The position numbers were made by a program, and so were the translations under genes. Below, one piece after another: positions 39,401-51,971 of a DNA stretch of 64,000 bases. The notes under the pieces were generated by a model. It searched no databases. It was given only the letters and a program-made list of their open reading frames with translations, and was not told the DNA's origin. Origin of the DNA: Ascidiella aspersa (taxonomy: Eukaryota); NCBI GenBank assembly GCA_963924565.1, contig OZ004608.1:4960001-5024000 (forward strand). The letters are read 5' to 3'. Position 1 is the first letter of the stretch. Each line of letters opens with the position of its first letter.

Positions 39401-41315
39401 ACGTTACTAAAAACATTGTAGGAAATTTTGTCATCATTGACGAACTTCATCCTGGCGGACTAACAAATGCGATTTTAGGTAAATAAACTATTCTCGTACG
39501 TTCCAATATTTTAATATATTTCATTGCTTTTGCGATACAACAGTTTAGCAAACTATTGAAAAATTAGTTCATGAAAACGTCGCAAGAAATATGTAGCAGT
39601 CCTAAACCCTTACCAAAACTGCCTTTTGCCTTTGGCAAACCTTAGTGTTATGAATCGCTTCATGGTGGTGGTTGTCAAAGTTTTATGGCTTGTGGCACAC
39701 TGAGCAAATAAAACCAAGTAAACGCAGCATACTTTCTACAAAAACGCACACTTATGAATTGACCCTCATCCTATCTACCCGACAAGCAGGGACTGTACGA
39801 AGTGAGGGTACGGAGATCGTTTTTAGTATGTCATTTTGATAAATCTGTTTCAGCCCGAAGGTTGCATGCGTCCTCTGCACCTTTGAAAATTACAATTTTG
39901 GAAACTAAACGATGGAGGCGTTTTTTTGGTTTGCACGAATTGACACATCTTTGTGATATAAAGCTTTTGTATTAAAAGTAATATTTCTCCAACCTAGAAA
40001 TTTACAAATGAACGAACTGTGTGGTGTTCAAAGATTATTTCTTTATGACGTCACGTTCAGAATAACTTTGCGACATCACGGTTCGACGTAAGTCTGTGAC
40101 GTCATCTCTAAATAAATAATCATGCTCCCCTCAAATAAAAATTCTAGATCCGAACCTAGTATTGGTAAATATCATGAATTTATCAGCAGTACACTTTAAC
40201 ATCTCTAGCAAAAAAAGTTAAAAACGGATTGCCAAATGACAATTTTCATATCCGAGTGTTTGTATAGCCTTTGGCTTTTTTTTGGCTTGTTTTTTCCTTT
40301 TTGTTGTTGTCTGGGTGGTGTTAGCAACCCTGTCGTTAGTTTGCGGTAACATGATGGTGTTGTGTGAACGTGAGTTTCATGCAAATAACCTTATTATTAC
40401 TGGAAAATCATCAACAACTACGTCAACATCTCATAGAAAGGAAGTTGTCATAAGCCCGTTTACTAGATGCGAGAGTATCGAAGTATAATGACTTGCCAAA
40501 AAACACGATTTTTCGGCTTTGCTAATTGCACAAGGGCTGCTATCACTATTTAACACCGTTTGGGTGTATAGACTGCGCAGTATAATTGGTCGTAAACGTG
40601 CTGTGCGATAAATCACGTCTATGCGTGGGTTGCAGTAACAAGACGTCGGCATTTACAACTTGCTGCGTGTATATGCTTTTAAAAAAATCTTGGCCGTGCT
40701 TTGAGTCTTCACTCGTGTTTATGGTTTCTAGTCGGCGACGAAACAAAATTTAATAATTGGTACAGAAAAAAAAGTTTAGGTGGACGTAACGCACATTTAT
40801 TGTCAGTAAAAAAATAGTTTTCCTTCGAAAATTACCTCGATAGTCTAATTGTAAGACCATGTATACTATTTTAGATTTTTAAACCTTAGCCTTGGGTTTT
40901 AGTAAGATTACAAAATACGACATACAACAGTTTAAAGTACACTGTTCTGAAAGAACAAAAGCAGAATTAACATAGTTTTAAGTTGCTTTTTGGAAGTTTT
41001 TCGTTTGATAGGCGTGCAATTAATGAGATGACATTTGGGCATAACATAGAAAGTTTGTCAGCACTGGTATAAGTTAACCAAAAAAAGCGATTTTTTTTCA
41101 TGTCTGATGCTGGTTTTAATCGGGTTTTTAAACTTCGTTTTTTGTTTGATTCCGCAGAACAGTGATCGACAAACAGAAACATATAAGGTATAGCCTTGTA
41201 CTGGACACTTACACTATTTATTCTTGGTTATTACAGAGAGGAAACAAACAAATATTCAATCCTCTTTACAATCAATAACGTATAAAGCAAAACAAAGTTT
41301 TATAAACCATTCACC

Positions 41316-44300
41316 ATGAAATGTATTCCTGTTGTACTTTGCCTTTTGCTTCCAATCGGCAAATCCGATTGGATTTCCTTTGAAGGGGCTGATTACTTCT
41401 TCGATTTCGAGACAATAGGCGATCACAGTTTTGTCTTGGACCGATGTGCCGCCATTAACTCGTCACTTGCTTATGTGACAGACGACAAAATCCAAGAGTT
41501 TCTTGCTGGATTAGCTAACCAGCATGCAAGTAAGTGTCGCTTTAATTCTATACAGGGTTACAGAATGGCAACAGATATATTTGGTGCGAATTTTCAGAAG
41601 CATCTCAATCATCAGTAGGCCCACCCAATTCTCAGGGTGGGGTCGGCACTGGGTTTGATATTTTAGAAGTATCTGTTTCGCTCCGATACCCGATTTGTCA
41701 AACAATTTTGGACATAATAGTTTTAATTTCTCAGAAAGTAATACGAAGCATATAATGCTCAATATTATAGTTAAAGTGTTATTTCTTTAGATTTCTTTAG
41801 AGGTTTTAGATTTAGTTATTTTGGGTATGCCATAATTGTTTCCAAAATTATACGGTATCGATATCTCAAAAGAACCTAAATTACAAGGCATTTCCGTAGT
41901 GGAAATAATTTCTAATGAATACGCATGTCCCTTAAAAACAATTAACAAAAAAGTAATACTATCGCATAGCTATAGTATATAGCACAAACGTGGATATAAC
42001 TGTCATATTTCGGCAAAATATGATTGCAGACAAACCGTATTGCTTCTACATCGGTCTGACGAGAACCGGGAACACTCCGTGGTTTCATTGGTCGAACGGC
42101 GCTAACCTCTCAGCAGCCTTGTCACATTGGGACGTACATGAACCCAACAACAAGTTTTTCAAGCATACCGGGAACGAAAATTGCGTCATAATGGGAAAAC
42201 CGGCAGTCAAAGAAACCGACTTTCTTTGGCATGACGTCACATGCAAAAAACACTGCAGCTATTTTTGCGGAGGAGGTGCATTTCCTAGATATTAAGTACA
42301 AAATTGACTATAATTTCATAGTGTATATAGATGTTGGGATTCTTAAGGTTTAAGAACATAGAAACATAAGGTGTATATGGCGTTAATATTAGAATAAAGA
42401 AATATAAATGTGAGGGTTATTTTTTCAAATAACTTACCGATACCGTGTTTTAAACCTATCTTTTTTGAAGTGGCTCCACAAATTCAACCCGAACTATCGA
42501 GTGTTAATAGCACTACGGAAGAGATGCAAACTACGCAAGAAAGTAGCACGCAAACTTCTCAGGAAACGACACAAGAAAGTAAGATTTAATGCCCTTATCA
42601 CCCAAATCCAGTAGTTATTTCTCGCAATTAATTCATCCAAACTACAGGATTTTTGTGTTAAAAGTGGATTAAAATTACCCTATTTCGCGCTATTAATGTG
42701 ATACAATATTTTCATCTTTGACGAAATGCTCACATTATAGTCTCTAGACTTTCGCCAACCAAAGTCAGTGATTTCTAAGTTGTTAGGAGAAATTTATTTC
42801 GCCATAAAATGAAAACTAAACAAAACAAGGCAAACACATAAACTGGTTGATAGCAAAAAAGTAAAACACAATAGAGCTAAAAGCAACAATAGTGGCATGA
42901 GTAAATGTACAGGTTAACAATTATATGCCGACATTATAATTGTTTTTTTACACAGCATCAAGCCAATATCCTGCAACTACGAGTAGTGCCCAGGCAGATT
43001 ATGCAACCAGCACCCAGTCAACCCTACCAACAACTTATACACAAAACCAACCAATTACCAGAGAAACGAAACCAGTATCTTCCACTGTAGCACCTCCAGT
43101 CACTGGAGCAACGCAGAAACCAACCACGACAACAATGAACTCGGGTGAGGGTTAGACTTAGCATCTTACCATGTCAATTACTGTGGTCGATTTTGGTTCA
43201 ATGTGCCTAAACAAAAATCTTAAAAATTAAATTTGTCTGTGGTGAATTATCAAAAAATGATAGATAAGCAGTGTTGCAAAGACTTAGTGTATTTAACTGT
43301 TTACAAATGACTTGATTTTATGTATTTGGACGAATGATTTGACTTGAACTTAAGGCTATGTTTCTAATGACTTGAATGAGATTGTTTAGCTTTATAGTAC
43401 TGGAGATAAGTAGATCTAGCGAAATTAACCTGAAACAGGTACAGCTCTAAAAATTAGGCTATATGGTAGTTCGGACGGTAATACGATTATTTTTATACAG
43501 CATCAAGCCACAATCCTAGGACTACGAGCAGTGGTCAGGCCGATCACGGAACTAGCACCCAATCAACCCTACCAAGAACTTCGCCGCCAAACCAACCAAT
43601 TACCACAGTCACGAAGCCAGTATCTTCCACTGTAGCACTTCCAGTCACTGAAGCAACGCAGAGGCCTGCCACGACAATGATCGATTCGAGCGCAAGTGAG
43701 ACTCAACATCGTATGCTTTCCATTATTCTGGTCATTTTGGCCTAATTTGCCTGAATAATTCTCTATTATTCTTGAATAAAATTTGACTGTTGCGAATTAC
43801 TAAAATCGAATAAATTTAAAGATGTGTTGTAATGGCTTAAGTTAATGGCTCAACTTAAGTGCACTTAACTGTTTTAAAATGAATTGACTGGACTTGTTTC
43901 GGAAAATGATGTTACTTGGATTTTAGTAAGTGGTTCAATTAACTCAGGTTGAAGTCTTGACTTGGGGAAACCGATGCCGTGAAAAAATGGCTTGCCTTGG
44001 ACCCTAATTAATTTCAAAATGACTTGTTTACAACACAGATAAGTAGAGCTAAAATAGTTTTGCTTTTGATAAGAATCCGATTAAACGATTCTTTATATAT
44101 ACAGCATCAACCAGCAAACCCAAAACTACAAGCAATGCTAAGTTAAATAAAGGAACCAGCATCCAATCAACCATTTCAACAACTTCGCCGCAAAACCCCG
44201 CCTTCACAAGAGATACGAAACCAGCAGTTCCCACCAAAGCACAACCAATCTCCGGCTCGATGCACAAACCAGCCTCGACTGTAGTGGGTCGGGTGGAAGG

Positions 44301-45033
44301 TGATACTTTACATCTTAGTCTTTCCACTGTGGCCATTTTGCTTGTACTAGATACATATCTATATACAGGTCAAGAAATATTCTTGGTCGGATGTGTGTTT
44401 GAGTTTAAGATTTTGAACACTTCTGTGTCCGCTAAGTCTTTTTGAGATTGCAAATATTGCAATGTTTTGAAATATTTTGTATAGTGAGAAACGGTTTTGT
44501 TAGATTCTATGAAATAATGAATAAGGGTTATTGTTTAGTTCGGTTGTTTGTCTATACGGCAGTGGTAAAAGTCAACCTTTCTTTAAAAAACTCGCTTTGA
44601 GGTACTTTACGTCGGCAAAAATTGTTTTAGTATTGCCGGGCTGTGTCCTTTTGTCACCAGTCCAGTCCGTCATCCTCAAATGTATTTAAACTAGGTTTTT
44701 TGACTGTATATTTGTGCACTACACTGACCAATTACCTCAGGCTTCCTCAGGTTAATTGTTGTTGGTGCCCCTTTATGACAAAAGTTTGTGAAGTCATCTC
44801 TTAAAGTTTTCATGCCTTGCGGTAAATCGTCTTATCGTTCTAGTAAGAAAATTTTTCTACTTTTATCATATAGTGGCAAATTTTGGTGCCGAGTGTTCTG
44901 CTTGTGTTGGATCAAAGGTTAAATGGTATTCCTTTTCTCAGGTACAACAACGTCTCTTGCAACAAAAATCAGAGGCTCCATCGCTCTTTTTACAACTGGA
45001 ATAATAGTCGGAACAATGGCACTCCTGTTGTAA
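41316..45033 (+). CDS. C-type lectin B: signal peptide, CTLD, Ser/Thr mucin stalk, GPI-like C-terminus, ~414 aa. Exons 41316-41529, 42030-42275, 42471-42578, 42956-43150, 43501-43695, 44105-44299, 44942-45033
   Basis: CTLD motifs FYIGL, FHWSNG, WDVHEPNN, ENCVIM, WHDVTC...YFC. Phase-1 stalk exons. Last exon GTTTSLATKIRGSIALFTTGIIVGTMALLL* is hydrophobic up to the stop. An alternative in-phase donor after 43144 is also possible. Confidence 0.87.
42940..44340 (+). repeat. Triplicated exon-intron unit (three 195-nt mucin exons)
   Basis: Each begins ACAG|CATCAA, is exactly 195 nt, and shares (T/G)TS(T/I)QST...TKP plus similar downstream intron starts. Confidence 0.9.
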
Positions 45034-45751
45034 AAATGCCGGATGTTCTTCCTTAAAATAAACTACTGTATTTCAAACTCAAACGACCAAAAAACGATTT
45101 TATTACTAACGAAATAATACAAGTGCATTTTTTTAGGACCGCAATCGAATAGGTATTTTATCGTTTACTTTAATTTTAAACATTACCTTGCACACAGTGT
45201 TATCGTTTCTTGCAGATATGTACTCTTTTGTATGTAGTTCTTCTTCTTTCAAAATTGAGGCCTTTGTTATTTACTTCTTAGCTAATATATGGGTTGATTT
45301 GTTTGTCGTTCATCTCGCTTGTTGATCGTTAACTGCGTTGTCTCTCTGCTTATTATACATTGCCCATGTACTAGACATGTTCGATTTTGCATTCATACCA
45401 AAAGTTTGGCCTAATATAGACACTGAAACCAGATATTTAGGCAAAAAATATCTCCATCCGATCCGATATTAAATGACGTCATTACGATGTTTAAATAAAT
45501 AAAATAGTGCGATGCTTAACGACACAATATATTGTTTCCTGGGGTGTTATCAAAATTTTGCTTTATAGCGAGATAACCTATAGTTAGCTTCAATTTGTTA
45601 AATTAAAAAATATTCGTATAGTGGACAATGTTGAGCGTGAATTTCTCAACCAATGGGCAAATATAACAGCTGAGTATTGATACTTGACATCCCATATCGC
45701 CATTGATTAGACCTTCCCGAAAACCCCTTTAGTTCACCCCACAAGTTATAC

Positions 45752-46054
45752 CATTGATCCCCAAACTGTGTTCCGCGGCAAACTAGTGTGCCTCGAGATA
45801 TTGTGAAATGTGCCGCAAACTTTTCGTAATTTCGGAAATAAGAGTATTTGTATTTCCAATAAGCATACACGCAAGCATTTAAGACCTAAATATGCACTAT
45901 TCAGTACAAATTAATAATTTTGAGACATTTACACATAGTTTGCCGTGTGTTAAGGGCGATTGTAAAATTACATTGTTATTCTGTTAAAAGTGTGCCGCGA
46001 AATAGTTAAGATTTTTTTAGTCTGCCGCGAGCCAAAAAAGTTTGGGAAACACTG
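45752..46054. mobile_element. hAT-type MITE with perfect 8-bp TSD
   Basis: CATTGATCCCCAAACT / AGTTTGGGAAACACTG; TSD AGTTATAC on both sides. Confidence 0.85.
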
Positions 46055-47074
46055 AGTTATACACCCGTTGAAAGCTTTCCTTTACATTTTGAGATAAATA
46101 AAATAGAGGCAATAAATGTAAATGCTTCTACCAGGCATTACTCCGGTAAATACCTTTCCAAATACCAAACTTGTGAGTATGTGTGGTGCACTCACCTGCA
46201 TAACCCAGATGACCGTTTGTAAAAAAAACAATACCAACACCACGCGCGATTTTTGTGAGAAAGCGTGGGGATGACAATGCATTTACCCGTCTATATTATA
46301 TATAGCGGTATACGCGACAAACAATTGATGTGGAAAACTGGTTTGCAAAACTGCTATGTGGTAGTTTTGCAAAAACCGCACTTGCCGCTCAAAAACGCCG
46401 TGTGACAAACTGATAATCTGACTATTGCTGTATATCGGAAAATGGAGTAGAACAAAAATGAGAAAATCTAAGTAATTCACAGATAAGATTGGAAAAAGCG
46501 CCAAAGCGCTAATTAACCAACTAGAAATATCTATAGGTGTCGAAATCTATTTAACTTAACAACTAGCCTGTGGTGAGGTTCGAACTCACGACACCGGCTA
46601 AACCGGAATCACCGTTATATAAAATGACTTATACGCATGCTTAACGGGGGCTTAACAGAACTTTCGGTAATCCTTTTCCAAAGGCATCCTATGTGGCGCG
46701 ATGGCCTGATGAAAATTGGACATGATTGTCACGTGTATATTTAACATCCATATACAAACATCATTTGCCGAGAGCAGTAACAATTAACTCATGAAAAAGA
46801 ACATTATTTTCTCAGGTATACTGTGCACCTGCAAATTTCGTTGACTGACTTAGGTTCACCACTGAGTATGATTCATCTCAATCAACAGGGAAACCAAACA
46901 ACTGCTCTTCACAAAGAACTACAACAGTAAAGGGTAATAATGTTTCATCGAGATAATTTGAAATACCCAAGTTTCGTAAAAAAACTCCCAAAAGCCCGAG
47001 AATATGGCAACCAAATATGCAGGTCTAGATTACGAATTTACTCTGATCCGTTACAATTACGTACATGTCAATCT

Positions 47075-47290
47075 ATATCTGCCTATGACGCGTTAGTACA
47101 CTTCCTGCGTTACTAAAGCTAATAGTGCATTAGGCAGCACACTACTTGGAAATGTACGTGAATACTCCTGCGAGTTCGCACTCCTTGACGCAAAACAAAA
47201 TGCCCTTTCTACTAAAGAGCGTTATAAATCAACAAGGTTTTGTAAATAAGCAGGAAACTGCGAAAATCCTTTCCTTGGTTCATTGAAATG
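47075..47290 (+). promoter_or_regulatory. Conserved upstream block of lectin C (paralogous to 39190-39400)
   Basis: Same ordered motifs as upstream of lectin B, at a similar distance (~2.1 kb) from the ATG. Confidence 0.6.
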
Positions 47291-48575
47291 TAACGACGGT
47301 TTTCAAAGCACGTCAATATAAATGTCATCGGAAATTCTATGATCGGTAGTGAATTTAAAAACTTATACAGATACAACCGTGAAGCAAATATGATTGTTTT
47401 GTTTTCACTTCTTCTATTGCTTAGTTCGTCAAGTCAATATAGTTTAACTTTCAAACAAGCTAATATATAGTTTAAAATGTATGTGAAAAAATATAGCTCG
47501 GTTTATGAAATCAATGTTTTCCAAACCCATAACGATATGAGTAGTTTTGCCTTTAATAACACTGCATTTCGTCTCGGCTCAACTTAAAGTTTCAAATTGT
47601 TTTTGCCTATATTAAATTTCTGGTTAGTCTTTGTTTTAAATATGAGTAAATCTTGACAACTTTTAGTTTTATTTATCCTGCTTGTTATTTCAAAACTTCA
47701 ACTCATTTTGCGGTTTTGTTTGAATGTGAACTCTACACATATCAACTTATCGTCGGTGGAAAATCGTCAACCTCGATGTTTACATCCCGTATAGAAGGGA
47801 AATTGTCATAAACCCGTTTTAGTTGATTCGAGCGGTTTAAAGTATAAGCGAACTGCGAACAAGTTCACGTTTTCAGAGTTGCTCCTTACAAAATCGGCTA
47901 CCATAATAGACAGTTACCATGTTATACCGTATTGCTGCATAGACTGCAAAGTTATAGCTCATAAACGTAATCTACGGTTAATCGTGCTGTAGCAGCAATC
48001 GAGTCTGTATTTCAAGTTTTCTGCGTGTATGTTTACAAGAATATTTCAAATTACGCTCATGGTTGCTGTAATCATTGGTAAAGTCTTTCATTTTGTTTGC
48101 CGACAATTGAAAAAAGATGTATTGTTGAATTGTTGGCAAAAAACATATATTTTAAAAGTTAATGCTGAGGTTTTATAACTTTCATTGTTTATTTAATGAA
48201 AATGTTTTAACAGCATAATGCTGTTTTGACTCTGATTATACTGTTTTTATACTTTAGTACAAGATAGAACCGCGAAAGGAAGAATAAAGTATATATCATT
48301 AGCAGAAAGATGTTTAACTTTGATTTTTTTTAATTAATAAAAGTCACTGATTAAGGTAACATGTGTAGTGTTTTGTGAAGTGTTTTCCGTTTAAAACATC
48401 TTGCGTCTGTAACCATAGAACAGAGAAAAAAGAGATAGGACTTTGATAAAACAGTAACGGTCAATTAAAAGTTTTTACCGAGGTTACTAAAGCCAAACTT
48501 TAAAACCTAATTATATGACCAATGTTGATAATAATTGTTCGTTCACATTGATATAACTTAACCGATGGCGTGTAA

Positions 48576-49062
48576 CAGTGTTGTAAACAAGTCAGTTTTT
48601 AAAATGACTTAAGTCCCAGTCAAGTTATTTGTAAAATAACTTAACTCCAAGTCAAGTCTTTTCGAATAAATAACAAGTCAAGTCCCAGTCCAAGTCATCA
48701 GTTGCACAAGTCAAGTCCTAGTCAAGTCATAACTAGAGAAAGTCAACTTCAAGTCATCTCGTTGTCATAAAAATAAAACGTTTAACTATTAGAAATTTTA
48801 AACTCGCATGATTATGAACAATAACTGAACTAAAAAATAAGGAAGACGGAACCTATAGCAAGCAATTTGTTTTTTGTTGGACAAACAGCTCGATTTAAAA
48901 AAAAATACTTGAAGAAATGCTTTATTTCAACCCAAGTCATTTGTTCAAAAGACTTAAGTCAAGTCAAGTCATTTGTCCGAATGACTAAAGTCAAGTCAAG
49001 TCAAGTCAAGTCATTTAAAAACAGTGACTTAAGTGCACTTAAGTCAAGTCATTACAACACTG
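48576..49062. mobile_element. hAT-type MITE with (AAGTC)n subterminal repeats and perfect TSD
   Basis: TIRs CAGTGTTGTAA / TTACAACACTG; TSD GCGTGTAA on both sides; inverted decayed relatives near 43269-43380 and 43822-44038. Confidence 0.92.
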
Positions 49063-49193
49063 GCGTGTAAATGAAAACAAAACGGCTTACGGACCTCTCA
49101 TTAATCTCGTGTCCTTCACAGAGCATAAAAAAAAATACTCAATCTGACCAAACTCAAGTTACATCTTGAGAAAAGCTTTGAAAAGCATTTAGA

Positions 49194-51971
49194 ATGAAAT
49201 TTATATCAACTGTTGTACTTTGCCTTCTGGTCGGAATTGCCAAATCCGATTGGATTTCCTTTGAAGGGGTCGATTACTTCTACGATTTTGGGACGATAGG
49301 CGACCACAGTTTTGTCTTGGACCGATGCGCCGCCCTTAACTCGTCACTTGCTTATGTGACAGACGACAAAATCCAGGAATTTCTTGCTAGATTAGCTGAC
49401 AAGCACGCTTGTAAGTTTCTGGTAAATTTAGATTTTTATTCGGGATAGATCAGTGCAATGATTTCCAGTTGTTAGACACATTGAAATCAACATTTCTAGG
49501 CTGGTGGTTTATCAACGCAAATTAGTTGTTTTGTTAATTACCTATAGGTCTATGATCTGCTAAGCTGTAGTTTTGCAAGGTGTATTAAAATCTACAGGAG
49601 TAAAAAGTGATTCTTCAACCGTATTCTGAACAACTGACAAATTAACCTCTTTCCAGCTTCATTAATTTATTCGCAACCTAGCACCGAAACAAAATCGTTT
49701 CCGAATTATTTTCACTTGCCACAAACCAACTAATGCCTTTGCTGACTTCTATGGATTCGATTCGTACAAAACTCAGAGGATGAAACAATTACTTCATCTT
49801 GGTTAAATTCAGTTAATTTGTTCTCCCTGGATCCATTTGCCAGTTTCTACGACGCAAATATATTTAGGCATTTTAATGTTTTTTAACTTTAATGCTTCAA
49901 AATACCTTAAAATATCTGGTAATGGCATCAAAACTAAATAAGGTATCGAACCTTTCTTAACGGCGAATTATATGTAAACTACACTCAATGTGCATGTAAC
50001 TGTGACAAACTCCTTAAAGGGATTTTTTTTATTAATTAAATAAAATAAGAAGTCTAGTTAAACTTAACACTAAATATCTCTAACATTACATGGAATTTTC
50101 GCAGAGTTCCTAAACTTGCCTAATATCTAATTACAGACAAACCGTATTGTTTCTTCATCGGTCTGACGCGGACCGCCGAAACGCCGTGGTTTCATTGGTC
50201 GAACGGCGCTAACCTCACAGCAGCCCAGTCGCATTGGGCACTTCATGAGCCCAACAACAAGTTTTTCAAGCATACTGGAACCGAGAATTGCGTCATAATG
50301 GGAAAACCGTCCCACAAAGAATCCGACTTCCTCTGGCATGACGTCAAATGCACACAACACTGCAGCTATTTTTGCCAAAGAGGTATAACTTTACTCACTA
50401 CTTTTAGTCACCGGTTACGTTAGCTTAGTGTTTTTCCCTTTTTTTCTTACGGCGATCGAATTTCTAAGCGTAAGTTTATCAGGGAGGCTTTGGCCACCCA
50501 ATTCTCTTCACTAAACTTTTGTAAGCCAAAAATTGATATGATTCATTTGTTAAATTGTTTTCCGGCAATTTTTTTAAATACCAACGTTTCGACCGCTTAT
50601 TCGGGCAATTTTCTTCAGAAGATATATTTGTTCGCCTCTAGTAGTAATTATATTGCCCTGAAGAAGATTGCCTAAAGATTTGCCCCCCTGCCTAAATAGG
50701 TGCTCGAAACGTTGGTGCTTTTATAAAATTTTACCGGAAGAACAATTTTAAATTGCAACAATGCCTGGCAGCAGCAATATATTCACGGATATGATCCAAG
50801 TCTAACGCAATTTTTCTTTAACTTCGGATAAATTTTGCTTAAAATCAATTTCAATAAATCTATTCGGCGACGCAAACTATATCCAACGGTGAGTCAATTT
50901 TGGCAACCAACGGTGGGCTACAAAACACTGTGTTAGCCTAGGGGTGGAATCTGCAACTGCGTTTCAGCAAATTGTCTCTAATTTCAAATCAAGAAACCAG
51001 CACCCAATCGACCTTGTCCACAATTTCGTCGGAAAATCCACCTATGACCAGAGACACGAAACCAGCAGCTTCTACCGAGGCACCACCAGTATCACAAGCG
51101 ATTCCAAAGCCAGCCACAGCAGCTAATTTGGGCGCAGGTGAGACTTTGCATCTTATATATTTAAATGTTTCCACTCTACGTACTGAGCATGTATATTTAC
51201 AGTACTAGGAACTTTTATAGTAGGAATGCTTATTGTACGTTTAGGTTTCAAAAAGATATTGCATTACCGAAAAAAGTCGAGTAATTTGATAGTTTGCGGA
51301 TCCTGCTTCGAGAAACCACTTGTATAGAATTGTCCTGAAAAGTTCAATATAACATGATAACAAGCCAGTGTGTAATGAATACTTTTAAACATAAAAATAA
51401 GGTTAAATTCAGACTTGCAAAAATAGGAACTGCGGTGGTTGTCTCAACATTATTTTAAAATAACTTAATTTACGTTCGGATATCGGAGCCCATACAGAAT
51501 TAGGGATCGTTTGTTGTGTACTTATATAATAAATCTTTACTAATTTTCAACATGGATTATAAAACATTCGTTTAATGCAGTGGTTGGCAACCGTTTTTGT
51601 CGCGGCCCAAATAACTCTTTTCAGAGCTACTGAAGGCCCACTGCGTAAAACTACTACGAAATATGGCCGTGAAAAATTGTTTGTTTTGAGTCGGATGAAT
51701 TAGATACAAATTGCCGATAATGTAAGATGTGACTCTTTGCAGTTAACGAAGTATTAAATGTGGCTCTTAGTCTCTGACTGGTCGGCCACTACTGGTCTGA
51801 CAAATTTGGTGCAGAATGTACCGTGTTGCTACAAATAGTAACTTCATCACTCAACCTTTTCGTACAGACGAAACAACGTCAAACCATTCGCCCGGTAGCC
51901 TAGTCTCTGTAGCTTGGAAGATAACAACTGGAATCATCGCCGGGACAATTCTCATCTCTTTTTTCAATTGA
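49194..51971 (+). CDS. C-type lectin C (close paralog of B): signal peptide, CTLD, short stalk, GPI-like C-terminus, ~236 aa. Exons 49194-49410, 50137-50382, 50994-51137 (acceptor uncertain), 51868-51971
   Basis: SDWISFEGVDYFYDFGTIGDHSFVLDRCAALNSSLAYV..., KPYCFFIGL...WALHEPNN...ENCVIM...WHDVKC...YFC. The stalk exon is homologous to B's 195-nt exons. Ends DETTSNHSPGSLVSVAWKITTGIIAGTILISFFN*. Confidence 0.84.
50552..50748. mobile_element. Palindromic Penelope-like-element remnant carrying minimal hammerhead ribozyme motifs on both strands
   Basis: + strand CTGAAGA (50658-50664) ... CGAAACGTTGG (50705-50715); - strand copy 50581-50618; outer inverted arms AATTGTTTTCCGG / CCGGAAGAACAATT. Confidence 0.65.

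Noticed and set aside
46706-46740. CTGATGA as another hammerhead core (also near 10627 and 59453)
   Set aside because: No downstream stem II/GAAA pairing to complete the motif.
48867-49070. ORF with SQVKS repeats
   Set aside because: Translation of the AAGTC repeats within the MITE.
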